A DNA stretch of 39,664 bases, taken from Pseudomonadota bacterium (lineage in GTDB: Bacteria > Bdellovibrionota_B > Oligoflexia > Oligoflexales > RGVZ01). The notes under the pieces are model-generated. The model did not search any database, had not been told where the DNA came from, and saw only the letters and a program-made list of their open reading frames with translations. The DNA is taken from assembly GCA_041178085.1 (NCBI GenBank), contig JBEGVZ010000022.1, positions 1 through 39,664 on the forward strand. The letters are read 5' to 3'. Of the stretch, positions 26,241-35,807 are shown one piece after another. The number at the start of each line of letters is the position of its first letter. Position 1 is the first letter of the stretch. A program made the position numbers and the translations under genes.

Positions 26241-28547
26241 GTGGCGAAGTATCTGGTTGTTGTTGAGTCTCCTACCAAAGTCAAAGCTCTAAAAAAATAC
26301 CTCGGCAAGGATTACGAAGTCCTGGCTTCCAAAGGTCACGTGAAGGACCTGCCGGAGAGTTCGCTCGGTGTTGACGTTGAAAAGGGTTTTGAACCCCAGT
26401 ACGTCACGATTCCCGGCAAAGAGAAGGTGCTCAAGGACATCACCTCGGCAGCACAGCTCGCCGATACGGTTTTCCTTGCGCCTGACCCTGATCGCGAAGG
26501 TGAAGCCATTGCATGGCATATCGCCGGAGAGATTCGCAAACCCAGTCAAAAAGTCCGGCGTGTCCTGATCCAGGAAATCACCAAAAAGGGTGTTCAGGAC
26601 GCCATTGCCAGGCCGCTCGAGCTTGATTCCCGAAAATTTGAATCCCAGCAGGCGAGGCGGATTCTGGACCGTCTTGTCGGTTACCAGATCAGCCCGATCC
26701 TCTGGAAAAAAGTGAAGCGTGGGCTGTCCGCCGGGCGTGTCCAAAGCGTCGCGGTGCGGCTCATTTGTGAGCGCGAGCAGGAGATCCGGAAGTTCAAGGC
26801 AGAAGAATACTGGAGCGTTGAAGCCCAGCTGGATGCAAAACAGCCTCCGCAAATCGTGGCGCGCCTGGCTGCGGTTGATGGTCAGAAGATTGGCAAGGAT
26901 CTTGAGATCCGCACAGCGGCTGAAGCGGAAAAGATCAAGGGGCGTCTTGGCTCGGGTCCGGTCAAAGTTGCGAGCATTGTGCGCCGTGAGCGCAAGCGCA
27001 ACCCGGTGCCTCCCTTCACGACATCAAAGTTGCAGCAGGAGGCTTTCCGTAAGCTTGGTTTCAACGTCAAGAGGACCATGTCGGTTGCCCAAAGCCTCTA
27101 TGAGGGTGTTGAGATCGGCGGCGAGGGACCAGTTGGTTTGATTACCTACATGCGTACCGATTCGACACGGGTGTCCGATGAGGCTCTCACGTCCGTGCGT
27201 GAATTCATCAGCAAGCGCTACGGCCCGACACTTTTGCCGGAATCTCCGGTAATTTATCGGTCGAAGAAATCGGCGCAAGACGCCCACGAGGCGGTACGCC
27301 CGACCATGATGGACCGGCCGCCTGAAACTCTGGTGAGCCACCTGTCGAAGGAGCAGCTCGCGCTTTATCGTCTGATCTGGAACCGTTTCGTCGCCAGTCA
27401 GATGAAGCCAGCGATATTTGACCAGATGACCGTTGAGTTCGACGCAGATGACAAGAAATTGCTTCTGCGGGCAAACGGATCCCGGGTCATTTTCAAAGGT
27501 TTTCTTGAGGTTTACGAAGAAGGGCGCGACGAATCGACCAGGCGCAAGGACGCAGTCGGCGGTAACGAAGACGAAGACGACAATTCGATGGAAGGGGTTT
27601 TACCACCTCTTTCCGAGGGCGAAGTGGTCAAGCTGGTCAGCATTGCCGCCGAGCAACATTTCACCCAGCCGCCGCCAAGGTTCAACGAATCCTCGATGGT
27701 CAAGGAACTTGACGAAAAGGGGATCGGACGTCCTTCAACCTACGCGACCATTCTTTCCACCATTGTCGATCGTGGCTACGTCCGCAAGATTGACAACCGG
27801 ACCTACGAACCGACGATTCTCGGCGAGAAGGTCAATGAACTGCTGGTTGATGCATTCCCGGACATCATGAGCGTGCTGTTCACAGCCGGCATGGAAGACG
27901 GGCTCGACAAGGTCGAGGAAGGCAGCGTCGAATGGCGCCGGTTGCTGGGCGATTTTTACGGCAACTTTGAAAGCAAGCTCAAGATCGCAGAAAAGGCGAT
28001 GCGCAACGTCAAGGCTCAGGCGGAACCGACCGACATCAAGTGTGACCGTTGTGAAGACGGCATGATGGTGATCAAGTGGTCGTCTCGTGGCGAGTTCCTG
28101 GGTTGCTCGAAGTATCCAAAATGCCGGGGCACCAAGGAATTCACCCGTTCTGCAGACGGCAAGATCGAAGTCGTGATGCCAAAAGTCACTGGCGACAAGT
28201 GCGTCAAGTGCGGCAAGGACATGATTGCGCGTTCCGGGCGTTTCGGTGATTACATCGCCTGCATTGATTACCCGGTCTGCCCGACGGTCAAGAGTCCACC
28301 GCCTGAAGTCAGCTGTCCGCAGGAGGGCTGTAGCGGTGGGCTTGTTGCCCGCAAGACGCGCACAGGCAAGATGTTCTGGGGTTGCGTGAACTACCCGGCG
28401 TGCAGCTATGCCGTGTGGGACAAGCCGGTGGCCGAGAAGTGTGAAGCATGCAACTTCCCGATCATGACCCTGAAGGTGACCAAGCGTGACGGCAACCGTT
28501 TCGTTTGTCCCTCATGCAAGCACGCGGTGGCCGCACCGGAAGCCTGA
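26241..28547 (+). CDS. topA: DNA topoisomerase I with C-terminal Zn ribbons
   Basis: Motifs VVESPTK, DPDREGE, SAGRVQS, ITYMRTDS (catalytic Tyr) and GIGRPSTYA, with repeated CxxC ribbons; TATAAT at 26184-26189 upstream. Confidence 0.98.
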   Translation: MAKYLVVVESPTKVKALKKYLGKDYEVLASKGHVKDLPESSLGVDVEKGFEPQYVTIPGKEKVLKDITSAAQLADTVFLAPDPDREGEAIAWHIAGEIRKPSQKVRRVLIQEITKKGVQDAIARPLELDSRKFESQQARRILDRLVGYQISPILWKKVKRGLSAGRVQSVAVRLICEREQEIRKFKAEEYWSVEAQLDAKQPPQIVARLAAVDGQKIGKDLEIRTAAEAEKIKGRLGSGPVKVASIVRRERKRNPVPPFTTSKLQQEAFRKLGFNVKRTMSVAQSLYEGVEIGGEGPVGLITYMRTDSTRVSDEALTSVREFISKRYGPTLLPESPVIYRSKKSAQDAHEAVRPTMMDRPPETLVSHLSKEQLALYRLIWNRFVASQMKPAIFDQMTVEFDADDKKLLLRANGSRVIFKGFLEVYEEGRDESTRRKDAVGGNEDEDDNSMEGVLPPLSEGEVVKLVSIAAEQHFTQPPPRFNESSMVKELDEKGIGRPSTYATILSTIVDRGYVRKIDNRTYEPTILGEKVNELLVDAFPDIMSVLFTAGMEDGLDKVEEGSVEWRRLLGDFYGNFESKLKIAEKAMRNVKAQAEPTDIKCDRCEDGMMVIKWSSRGEFLGCSKYPKCRGTKEFTRSADGKIEVVMPKVTGDKCVKCGKDMIARSGRFGDYIACIDYPVCPTVKSPPPEVSCPQEGCSGGLVARKTRTGKMFWGCVNYPACSYAVWDKPVAEKCEACNFPIMTLKVTKRDGNRFVCPSCKHAVAAPEA

Positions 28548-28563
28548 AAGTTGATTACCCGAA

Positions 28564-29511
28564 ATGATGCAGGCGGGGAGGCTCGTTGTGCATCATGGGA
28601 ATGACCTTGCTGGCCGGGAATTTCTCGGGGCGCTTGCTTTGGCTTTTGACGCCAACCCTGAACTTGACGAGATCCTGTTCAACGGTCCACACAGCGCGGC
28701 AGCTGCTGTGATTGCAGGCCATTACCGGTCTGCGATCGATGTGATGCCCCCTTTGCTGGCTTTCTTTTCATCCCCGGTCGCCTTGCTCGACTGGATCCAG
28801 GACCTTGCGACGACCTGTTTTTCACGGATCGATCCGTTTTTTCCATCTGCAGGTGGCAACCTTCCGGGGATCGCCGCGCGCTGGCACGCTTTGTTTCCGC
28901 CAGTCGTTCGAGATGGACCTGTGCTGTGCATCCGTCGCAGCCGGACAAGTACCCTGTCGTTGGACGATTTCCTGTGGCCCATTGGGCAGCGTGAGTTGAT
29001 CGAGCAAGGTGTTGTGATCGGCAGGACATTACTTGTCAGTGGTGCATGTGGTGCTGGGAAGTCATCCTTTGTTGGCGCGGTGCTTAGGGATTTGTTGTGT
29101 GACCGACGCATGATCATCATTGAAACCTGTGAGGAGCTGTCTGGAATCTCGCCCCATTTCGTAAACCTGGTGGGCCGTCCCCCAAACATCTCGGGAGCAG
29201 GTGCAATTGAAACGGACTGGCTGTTCCGTGAGGCGCTTCGCATCCGACCCGATGGAATTGTGATCGGCGAAATCCGTGGACAGGAAGCCTCAGCCTTTTT
29301 GGCAGCTGCGGCCAGTGGTCATGCCGCCTGTTTGTCAACGATCCATGCTGGTTCTCCAGATGAAGCGTTGTCTCGCCTTGGTCACCTTGCGGGATCCTCG
29401 GGAGATTTACGTTTCCGTGGTCTGGTGGTCCAGCTTGCGCGTGATGGGAAATCAAAAAGGCCTGCCATTGTTGACGTTAGGGCCTATGAGGAGAAGACGT
29501 CAATTTATTGA
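28564..29511 (+). CDS. CpaF/TadA/VirB11-family secretion ATPase
   Basis: Walker A GACGAGKSS, Asp-box-like IIETCEEL, ALRIRPDGIVIGEIRG, and His-box GH...STIHA. Confidence 0.85.
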   Translation: MMQAGRLVVHHGNDLAGREFLGALALAFDANPELDEILFNGPHSAAAAVIAGHYRSAIDVMPPLLAFFSSPVALLDWIQDLATTCFSRIDPFFPSAGGNLPGIAARWHALFPPVVRDGPVLCIRRSRTSTLSLDDFLWPIGQRELIEQGVVIGRTLLVSGACGAGKSSFVGAVLRDLLCDRRMIIIETCEELSGISPHFVNLVGRPPNISGAGAIETDWLFREALRIRPDGIVIGEIRGQEASAFLAAAASGHAACLSTIHAGSPDEALSRLGHLAGSSGDLRFRGLVVQLARDGKSKRPAIVDVRAYEEKTSIY

Positions 29512-29547
29512 CGCCCGATCTGGTGCGGTCAGTCATTCCGACGTTGT

Positions 29548-29576
29548 TTGGCCTGTTCTGCGAGGAGGGTTATAAT
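29548..29576 (+). promoter_or_regulatory. Putative sigma70 promoter for the lipoprotein pair
   Basis: TTGGCC, 17-nt spacer, TATAAT, followed by SD GGAGGAG and the ATG at 29607. Confidence 0.65.
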
Positions 29577-29606
29577 CAAGTATCGTCTCACCGGAGGAGA
29601 AATCCC

Positions 29607-30488
29607 ATGCCTTGCCTGCGCAGGTTCAAATCGCTCGCCTTGACCATGGCGGGCCTTGCCGTTCCCGGCCTGGTATCTTGCAAATCATCGGAACCGCCGA
29701 AGAATGCTGACCAGAGGCCGTTCCCGTCCGGCAGCGGTGCAACTGGTGACACCGTGCAGTGCTCGTCTGCTTCAAACTGCCAGCCCGGTAGCCCGCAACT
29801 CCTCGTCAACGGGATGATCTCCCCGCGGCTGGTCGGTGATGTGAACCAGCAGATTTCCTGGCAAATATCGGCCCGATCCTCGATGTATCCCGGGCGGGCC
29901 TACGCGGCGATGAGCCTTACTTTCTCGCCATCCTTGCCACGGCTGACGGTTCGGCAACCGACGACGACGCTATCGGGTAGCGATACGATTTCGGTGGAAG
30001 GTCGCTTGACGACTGCAGATGCCCAGGCATCATCGACAGCAAGGATTGTCGTGCGCGACATGACAGCATGCAAAGTGGTTTCGGGCGCCAATTCACAGGC
30101 ATGCAACAATATATCTCCAGCGACCCAGTTCGACTCGACTTTGACGGCGTCAGTTTCGTTTTCAAGCAACAACTACACGCCATACGGCCCTAACGCAGTG
30201 ATCCCCAACGGGACCAACAACAACACTGGTCCCGACCTCGGCACACGAATTGGCATCGCAGCTGGGCTAGGCGGGCTTCAGGCTCTGCTGGGCGGAGATC
30301 CAAGCTTGACAGGAATTCTGGGCGGCGTCGTAAATGGGGCGGTTGGCAGTCTGAACTCAGGTTCCAACAACTATTCCGGTGGGACCGGTAACATGTACAA
30401 CGGGAACGGGTTTTACAACCAGAATAGCTATCAGCCGAACAACCAGCAAAACGGTTACCAACAGAACAACTACATCCGGGGCTACTGA
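29607..30488 (+). CDS. Hypothetical lipoprotein with glycine zipper and N/Q/Y-rich C-terminal tail
   Basis: Strong SD; lipobox LVSC; a beta-rich domain with two Cys pairs; IGIAAGLGGLQALLGG...GILGGVVNGAVG; low-complexity tail. Confidence 0.8.
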   Translation: MPCLRRFKSLALTMAGLAVPGLVSCKSSEPPKNADQRPFPSGSGATGDTVQCSSASNCQPGSPQLLVNGMISPRLVGDVNQQISWQISARSSMYPGRAYAAMSLTFSPSLPRLTVRQPTTTLSGSDTISVEGRLTTADAQASSTARIVVRDMTACKVVSGANSQACNNISPATQFDSTLTASVSFSSNNYTPYGPNAVIPNGTNNNTGPDLGTRIGIAAGLGGLQALLGGDPSLTGILGGVVNGAVGSLNSGSNNYSGGTGNMYNGNGFYNQNSYQPNNQQNGYQQNNYIRGY

Positions 30489-30490
30489 CG

Positions 30491-31402
30491 ATGAGAAACC
30501 CTATCTTTTTTGCCGTTTCATCTTTGGCGTTGTCGATGTCCCTGGTGGTGGCAGGATGCAAGCTCTTCACGAATCAAGGTGCTGGCCGCAAGTCAATTGA
30601 CGTGGTCAGTTCCGGAGATCCTGCTCTGCGTTCAGGCCAAGCCTGTGGACCAGGCACCCTGGCAAATGGAACCCCGGAAGAGGCCGTGATCCGCTCAGCC
30701 GCCGCGCTGCCTCCATTCCTTGCTTCCCAGTTCAGCGACCTGTCGGCGACATACCGCCTCTCTGACGATCCTGGCGCGGACTGTGCGAAAGCAATGTCGT
30801 CCATGCCTCAGGCTTCGCTGTCGGCGGCAGAGCAAGCAGTGATCAAGGATAATCGGGTAGCTGGTTTGCGCGCTTGCTGGATCGTCCCGGCAGATGAATC
30901 AAGCAAGGTTTCCCAGCCGCCACAAGTAGTTCTTGGCAAGGGAGTCCAGGACATTCACAAGGGTCTTATTGTCACCTCCTATTACGCTTTTGCGGAATGG
31001 TACATCGACCGCGTGTTTGGTCCGGCCGTCGACAAGCTGCAAACAGATTCTGCGGGTAAAGCGGCGGAAACCGAACTCGGTTCCAAAGGCGAGCAGCTGA
31101 TTTCTGTTGTCACGAAGTTTCGGGAGGTCCGTAAATCCCTCGCAGAAGCCGTCCTTTCAGACCTCGCTGCAGCGGGCAAGAATGACGTGATTGCCCGCTA
31201 CGAGCAGGATTTTGGTGCCGCACAGGCGTCACTTCCAGCAAGCATTGCATTCCAGAATTTCATCGCCGCGGAATTTACCGACACCTGGTATTGCAATGTG
31301 GCAACCAATGAGTCGTTGAAGAATTCTGCTGTTTTTGTGAAGGCCCGGGAGGTTTATCCCATGATGGCAGAGCTGATGGGCAAAGCCTGGTTCGTGGAGT
31401 GA
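30491..31402 (+). CDS. Hypothetical lipoprotein
   Basis: Signal peptide with VVAGC lipobox; starts 2 nt after the upstream stop codon. Confidence 0.8.
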   Translation: MRNPIFFAVSSLALSMSLVVAGCKLFTNQGAGRKSIDVVSSGDPALRSGQACGPGTLANGTPEEAVIRSAAALPPFLASQFSDLSATYRLSDDPGADCAKAMSSMPQASLSAAEQAVIKDNRVAGLRACWIVPADESSKVSQPPQVVLGKGVQDIHKGLIVTSYYAFAEWYIDRVFGPAVDKLQTDSAGKAAETELGSKGEQLISVVTKFREVRKSLAEAVLSDLAAAGKNDVIARYEQDFGAAQASLPASIAFQNFIAAEFTDTWYCNVATNESLKNSAVFVKAREVYPMMAELMGKAWFVE

Positions 31403-31420
31403 ATTCAGCGTTGTCGAAGC

Positions 31421-31450
31421 CAGACCCGGGCCGCTCGCAGCCCGGGTGTG
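31421..31450. terminator. GC-rich hairpin between convergent genes
   Basis: ACCCGGGC...GCCCGGGT inverted repeat; no clear U-tract. Confidence 0.35.
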
Positions 31451-31465
31451 CATGCCAGTCTGGTA

Positions 31466-33982
31466 TCACTTCTTCTTGAACAGTCCCTTGATCTTGTCCT
31501 TGGCATCGGCTTCCAGTTTTTTCTGGGCTTCCTTTGCTTTTTCCTCTGCTTGCTTCCTCTTTGCCTCATCCAATTGCGGAGCTGCTTTTTTCAGCGCGTC
31601 CCTTGCCGCGGCCTCAAGTGCCTTCCGAGCATCCACAGCAGCAGCATCGAGTGCTTTTTTTCCTTCCTGCTCGAGTCTTGCCGCCGCGTTGTCCTCGAAG
31701 TTGCGGGTCAATTCCCCGGTTACCAGGGTCAGCTTCGGACTGGTCAACGTGCCGCCGATACGGAAGGGAAGTTGCAAGTTCTTGTTCTTGTCGAACATCA
31801 GGGCTACGTACTCACTTTGTGCCACCAATTTTTGCTTCTCAACTTCCGAGACATTGACGTCCGCGCTGCCTTCGAGTTGTCCCTCCAGTGAGGATGTGGC
31901 CGCAAGTTTGAGTTGTCCCAACTCACTGGCGACATCTGACGTGATCTTGATCTTTCCGTCGTTGATTTCAAACTTGCCACTGGTTGATCCCAGTTTTTTC
32001 TCGCCAGTGTACTTGTCGGGAATCTTGACGTTTTTCACACCGTCCAGTTTCTTACGCAGGTCATCCACCTTGGGGCGTTTGTCTGCTGGTATTTTCTGTC
32101 CAAGCGGGGAAGCCAGGAATTTCTCAATGTTCTTGAACGCCTTGTCAGCGGCTTTGCCTGAAGTCAGTCCCCCGACGTAACCAGCGAACGCCTCAGCCAC
32201 CAGCGGCCGGAAAGATGCGCCCTTGACCTCAGCGTCCTTGAGCTGGAACGAGCCGCTCGCGTTGAGTGTTTTGGTGAGTGTCTTGCGGGTAGTCCCGCGC
32301 GCGTTGACCGACATCGATGTGGTCAGAATCCCGTGAATTGCGTCTTTGTGAGCTGGTGCGATCACGGCAATGGCTTCGCTGGAGGATACGCCGTTCAAGT
32401 CGATGTTCCCCTGGAACTGCACCGGGTCTTGTGACAGTTCCAGCTTGCCGGCAGCCTTGATTGTGCCGCCGAGTGTCTGCATCGAGAATTGCTGTATCGT
32501 CGCTTCCAGGTTCCTGAAGCCGGCGCGCAGGGTCAAGTCCTTGATGTTGAGCGTGTCATAAAGGATCTCGCGCATCTGGACATCGACTGCTATGTCGTGA
32601 GGTTTCAGGTTTTCCTTGAGCTCCGGCGAGAGAGCGAAGTCTTTTTCGTCGCCCGCTGCGCCTCCCGGTGCTGGCGCGGCTACAGTCCCCTGCGGCGCAC
32701 CCGGGGCATTTGATGGAGCGCTTTTTTCTTCGCCTGGATTAGCTGGTTTGGGCGGCATGAAAGGCTTCAAAAGGGCGGCCAGGTCCATTCGGTTGCTGGT
32801 TGTCTTGATTTGCATTTTTGCTGGCAGAACCGAATCCGCGCGCACGGTCAGATTGATGTCGGTGCCAGAAAGTTTGGAGGCGAGGTCGACCTCAGCCTTG
32901 ACCGCTGACAGGTCAGATACGGGCCCGTTGACCTTGGTTGAAAATTCAAGGGAAGCCTTTTGCAGCAGTTTCTCATGCTGGGGCAGAATTGCCCCAAGGC
33001 TGGAAATGTCAGGGCTTCGGATCGCCAGCTCAAGCGCCGTTGCAAGTGACTTGAAGTCAGAAATTCTGGCTTTTCCGGCACCAGAAATATTCAGCACTTC
33101 AAAACCCAGATCGTCAACGTCGAGTGTTTTTGTCGTAGCCGTTCCCTTGATTCTGGCGGCAATGACCTGTCCCGGTTTCTTGACCAGCGCGTTCTGGAAA
33201 TTGATCGCCATCCCGGCAAGATCAAGCCTGCCACTGAAGTCGAGTGACTTGAATAGTTCGCTGTCAGAGCTATTGATTCGGGTTGTCATGGAAAGGGTGA
33301 GGGGGCCCTGAACGGCCGCACCGGATTCCTTTGCTTTGACCGTCGTCGACAGATTGATTGAGATATCGCGATCAAGCCCGATGTTGTTCACCACGAAGTC
33401 CAGGTCTTTGACGCTCGCCAAAGCCTTGCCGTTGTTCTTCACGCCCGCAGCCGCGCCAGTGATGGCAATCGATTTGATCACGACGCGTTCACGCAGTTCC
33501 TTTACAGGGGTTGGTGCGGAAGGGGCTCCCCCAGGGGCGGGGCTCTGGGCTGGAGCGGTCGTCGGTTCCTTGGTGGAGCTCCCGTCGACCTTGGCCAGGC
33601 TGGCCAGGTTGTTGCTGCCTTTTTCCATGACCATCTCGATGGCCGGGTTGATGATTCGCAGCTCCCCGATCAGCTTTCCCTGGAGAAGTGGCCAGAATTC
33701 GGTGGCGAGGAACATCTCGTCTGTCTTAAACAAGGTGGTTCCCTGAAAGGCAGGGTCGGAGTTTTTGACCGACGCCGACTTTACGGTGACCCCCAGTTTC
33801 GGGATGGCGTGCAGACGGATAGACTTGAAGTCCAGCTCGGCATTGACGGCGCCGGCGACGGCCGACTGGATCTGGGGCTTGAACTTCTCAAGGTCCACCA
33901 GAAAGGGTACAAGCAGCGCAGCCACAAGGAGCAGCGCAATCAAGACGAACGGCACGGCGATCCACTTCATCCAGGACTTCAT
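31466..33982 (-). CDS. AsmA family protein
   Basis: N-terminal anchor followed by PFLVDLEKFKPQI, long beta-rich repeats, and C-terminal LPFRIGGTLTSPK with a helical tail; ATG at 33982 with GGAGG SD. Confidence 0.85.
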   Translation of the reverse strand: MKSWMKWIAVPFVLIALLLVAALLVPFLVDLEKFKPQIQSAVAGAVNAELDFKSIRLHAIPKLGVTVKSASVKNSDPAFQGTTLFKTDEMFLATEFWPLLQGKLIGELRIINPAIEMVMEKGSNNLASLAKVDGSSTKEPTTAPAQSPAPGGAPSAPTPVKELRERVVIKSIAITGAAAGVKNNGKALASVKDLDFVVNNIGLDRDISINLSTTVKAKESGAAVQGPLTLSMTTRINSSDSELFKSLDFSGRLDLAGMAINFQNALVKKPGQVIAARIKGTATTKTLDVDDLGFEVLNISGAGKARISDFKSLATALELAIRSPDISSLGAILPQHEKLLQKASLEFSTKVNGPVSDLSAVKAEVDLASKLSGTDINLTVRADSVLPAKMQIKTTSNRMDLAALLKPFMPPKPANPGEEKSAPSNAPGAPQGTVAAPAPGGAAGDEKDFALSPELKENLKPHDIAVDVQMREILYDTLNIKDLTLRAGFRNLEATIQQFSMQTLGGTIKAAGKLELSQDPVQFQGNIDLNGVSSSEAIAVIAPAHKDAIHGILTTSMSVNARGTTRKTLTKTLNASGSFQLKDAEVKGASFRPLVAEAFAGYVGGLTSGKAADKAFKNIEKFLASPLGQKIPADKRPKVDDLRKKLDGVKNVKIPDKYTGEKKLGSTSGKFEINDGKIKITSDVASELGQLKLAATSSLEGQLEGSADVNVSEVEKQKLVAQSEYVALMFDKNKNLQLPFRIGGTLTSPKLTLVTGELTRNFEDNAAARLEQEGKKALDAAAVDARKALEAAARDALKKAAPQLDEAKRKQAEEKAKEAQKKLEADAKDKIKGLFKKK

Positions 33983-34011
33983 CAGAACCTCCAAGATCGG
34001 ACAGATACTAT

Positions 34012-34653
34012 ATGAAAGCACAAACTGGCGATTTCGTTGAGGGTCTGCGCAACCGCAAGACGCAAAAACTGTTTATTTGCCTGGAGGCGGCGGATTCTCC
34101 GGGTAGTGTCCGCGTGATCAACCCGGGGGGTGACATCCTGGTGGTCCGCGAGGAGCTTTTCGACCTTGAGGCTGTGGAGGTCGCAATCCCGGCACTTCCA
34201 GAATTCTTTACGCCCGAGCAGGTATCGACCTGGCAGGAGTATCAGGCATCGGAGGAAGACCGTCGCAAGGCCGAAGCCGAACGCCGTCGATGGGAAGAGC
34301 AAGAGCGCATCCGGCAGCAGTCAGCCCCGGCAACCACGCCCGCGCGAACGTCCCCCTCCCGTGATTCTTCGCCGCGGCGCCGGACGCAAGGCACACCGGT
34401 GAAAGTCATCCCTGGTCGTGTGGTTGCAGAATGGGCTGGCGAACGGCTGGTTTTTTACCGGCACAAGATCGAACCGCTGCGTCCAGCGGATCAATTTCAG
34501 GTTAAAATTCATGGGGTTGGCGTTTTTCAGATCACCAAAGCGGACTTCCTGAGGGTGTTCAACAACGTCATCATGTCACCCCAGTATCGTTCGCAAGGGA
34601 TGTTTTCCTACGAGACGCTACCGGATGAGGCCCGGCCTTTTTTGCGATCCTGA
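34012..34653 (+). CDS. Hypothetical protein (two small domains joined by a charged helix and a low-complexity linker)
   Basis: 213-aa ORF filling the gap, with protein-like composition; no recognised motif. Confidence 0.65.
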   Translation: MKAQTGDFVEGLRNRKTQKLFICLEAADSPGSVRVINPGGDILVVREELFDLEAVEVAIPALPEFFTPEQVSTWQEYQASEEDRRKAEAERRRWEEQERIRQQSAPATTPARTSPSRDSSPRRRTQGTPVKVIPGRVVAEWAGERLVFYRHKIEPLRPADQFQVKIHGVGVFQITKADFLRVFNNVIMSPQYRSQGMFSYETLPDEARPFLRS

Positions 34654-34736
34654 GGCGACGACCCCTTTTTCAGCCTTTATTAAAATCACAGCTTGTAATA
34701 GAAACCGCAGGGTTTTAAATATCTGGGGGTTTTCTA

Positions 34737-35777
34737 ATGGTTGCGATCCTTCGCGGTTTGACCTTCGACGACGTCTTGCTTGTACCGGGCTATAACGGAA
34801 TCAAGTCCCGTCAGGATGTGACCACGGCCGTCACGCTGAAAAACCGACGCTTTGAAATCCCCGTTGCCAGCGCCAACATGGACACGGTCACCGGCCAACG
34901 CATGGCGGAAGCCATTACCGACCTGGGCGGCATGGCGATCCTGCACCGGTTCATGTCGATCGAAGAAAACGTTCAGGTGTTCAAGGAGTGCCCACATCCG
35001 GCACGCACTGGCTTTTCGATCGGCACGGGAGCTGATTCGCTCACCCGCGCCGAGGCCCTGGTCGCTGCAGGCGCCGACATCGTTTGCGTTGATGTTGCCC
35101 ACGGCCATTCCAAGGAAGTGAACCGGACCATCCGGACCCTGCGCGAACTCTACAAAGACAACCTCATGATCATCGCTGGCAACGTAGCCACCTACGCTGG
35201 CGCGGACTACTTGGCGGCTGCTGGCGCTGACGTGATCAAGGTCGGTATCGGCCCAGGGTCTGTGTGCACGACTCGCATCAAGACGGGTTACGGCGTTCCC
35301 CAGCTCACAGCAATCATGGAGTGCCGCAAGGTTGATCGTGCCCTCATCGCTGACGGTGGTATTCGTACGCCGGGTGACGCTGTCAAGGCGCTCGCTGCAG
35401 GTGCAGACTTTGTCATGCTTGGTGGCATGCTGGCAGGTACCGAAGAATCCCCGGGCCAAACCTATGAAAGGTCACTGCCTGGCGGACAGATCCAGAAGTT
35501 CAAGCAGTTTCGGGGCATGGCTTCGAAAGAAGCTCAAGAAGACTTCATGGGCGGCATGGCTGAATGGAAGACTGCAGAGGGAGTGGCCGTGGAAATACCA
35601 TGCCGCGGTCCAGTGCGTGACATCATTCAGGATGTCGTTGGCGGTCTTCGTTCAGGGCTCACTTATTGTGGCGCTTCCGACATCAAGGGACTTCAGCGCA
35701 AGGCCCAGTTCATCGAGATCAGCGCGGCCGGTTATCGCGAGGGAACCCCGCACGCGGTTGATCGCCTGACCAAGTAA
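34737..35777 (+). CDS. guaC: IMPDH/GMPR family enzyme lacking CBS domains, probably GMP reductase
   Basis: Motifs [35 protein letters not shown] (catalytic Cys) and IADGGI. The flap FRGMAS...[11 protein letters not shown] resembles GMPR more than IMPDH. The family call is secure; guaC versus guaB is less so. Confidence 0.7.
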   Translation: MVAILRGLTFDDVLLVPGYNGIKSRQDVTTAVTLKNRRFEIPVASANMDTVTGQRMAEAITDLGGMAILHRFMSIEENVQVFKECPHPARTGFSIGTGADSLTRAEALVAAGADIVCVDVAHGHSKEVNRTIRTLRELYKDNLMIIAGNVATYAGADYLAAAGADVIKVGIGPGSVCTTRIKTGYGVPQLTAIMECRKVDRALIADGGIRTPGDAVKALAAGADFVMLGGMLAGTEESPGQTYERSLPGGQIQKFKQFRGMASKEAQEDFMGGMAEWKTAEGVAVEIPCRGPVRDIIQDVVGGLRSGLTYCGASDIKGLQRKAQFIEISAAGYREGTPHAVDRLTK

Positions 35778-35807
35778 AGCCAACATTGGCGGATTTGTTG
35801 CAACTGG

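Noticed and set aside
23171..28547. LysM-dprA-smg-topA as a novel system
   Set aside because: This is a well-known conserved gene cluster in Proteobacteria.
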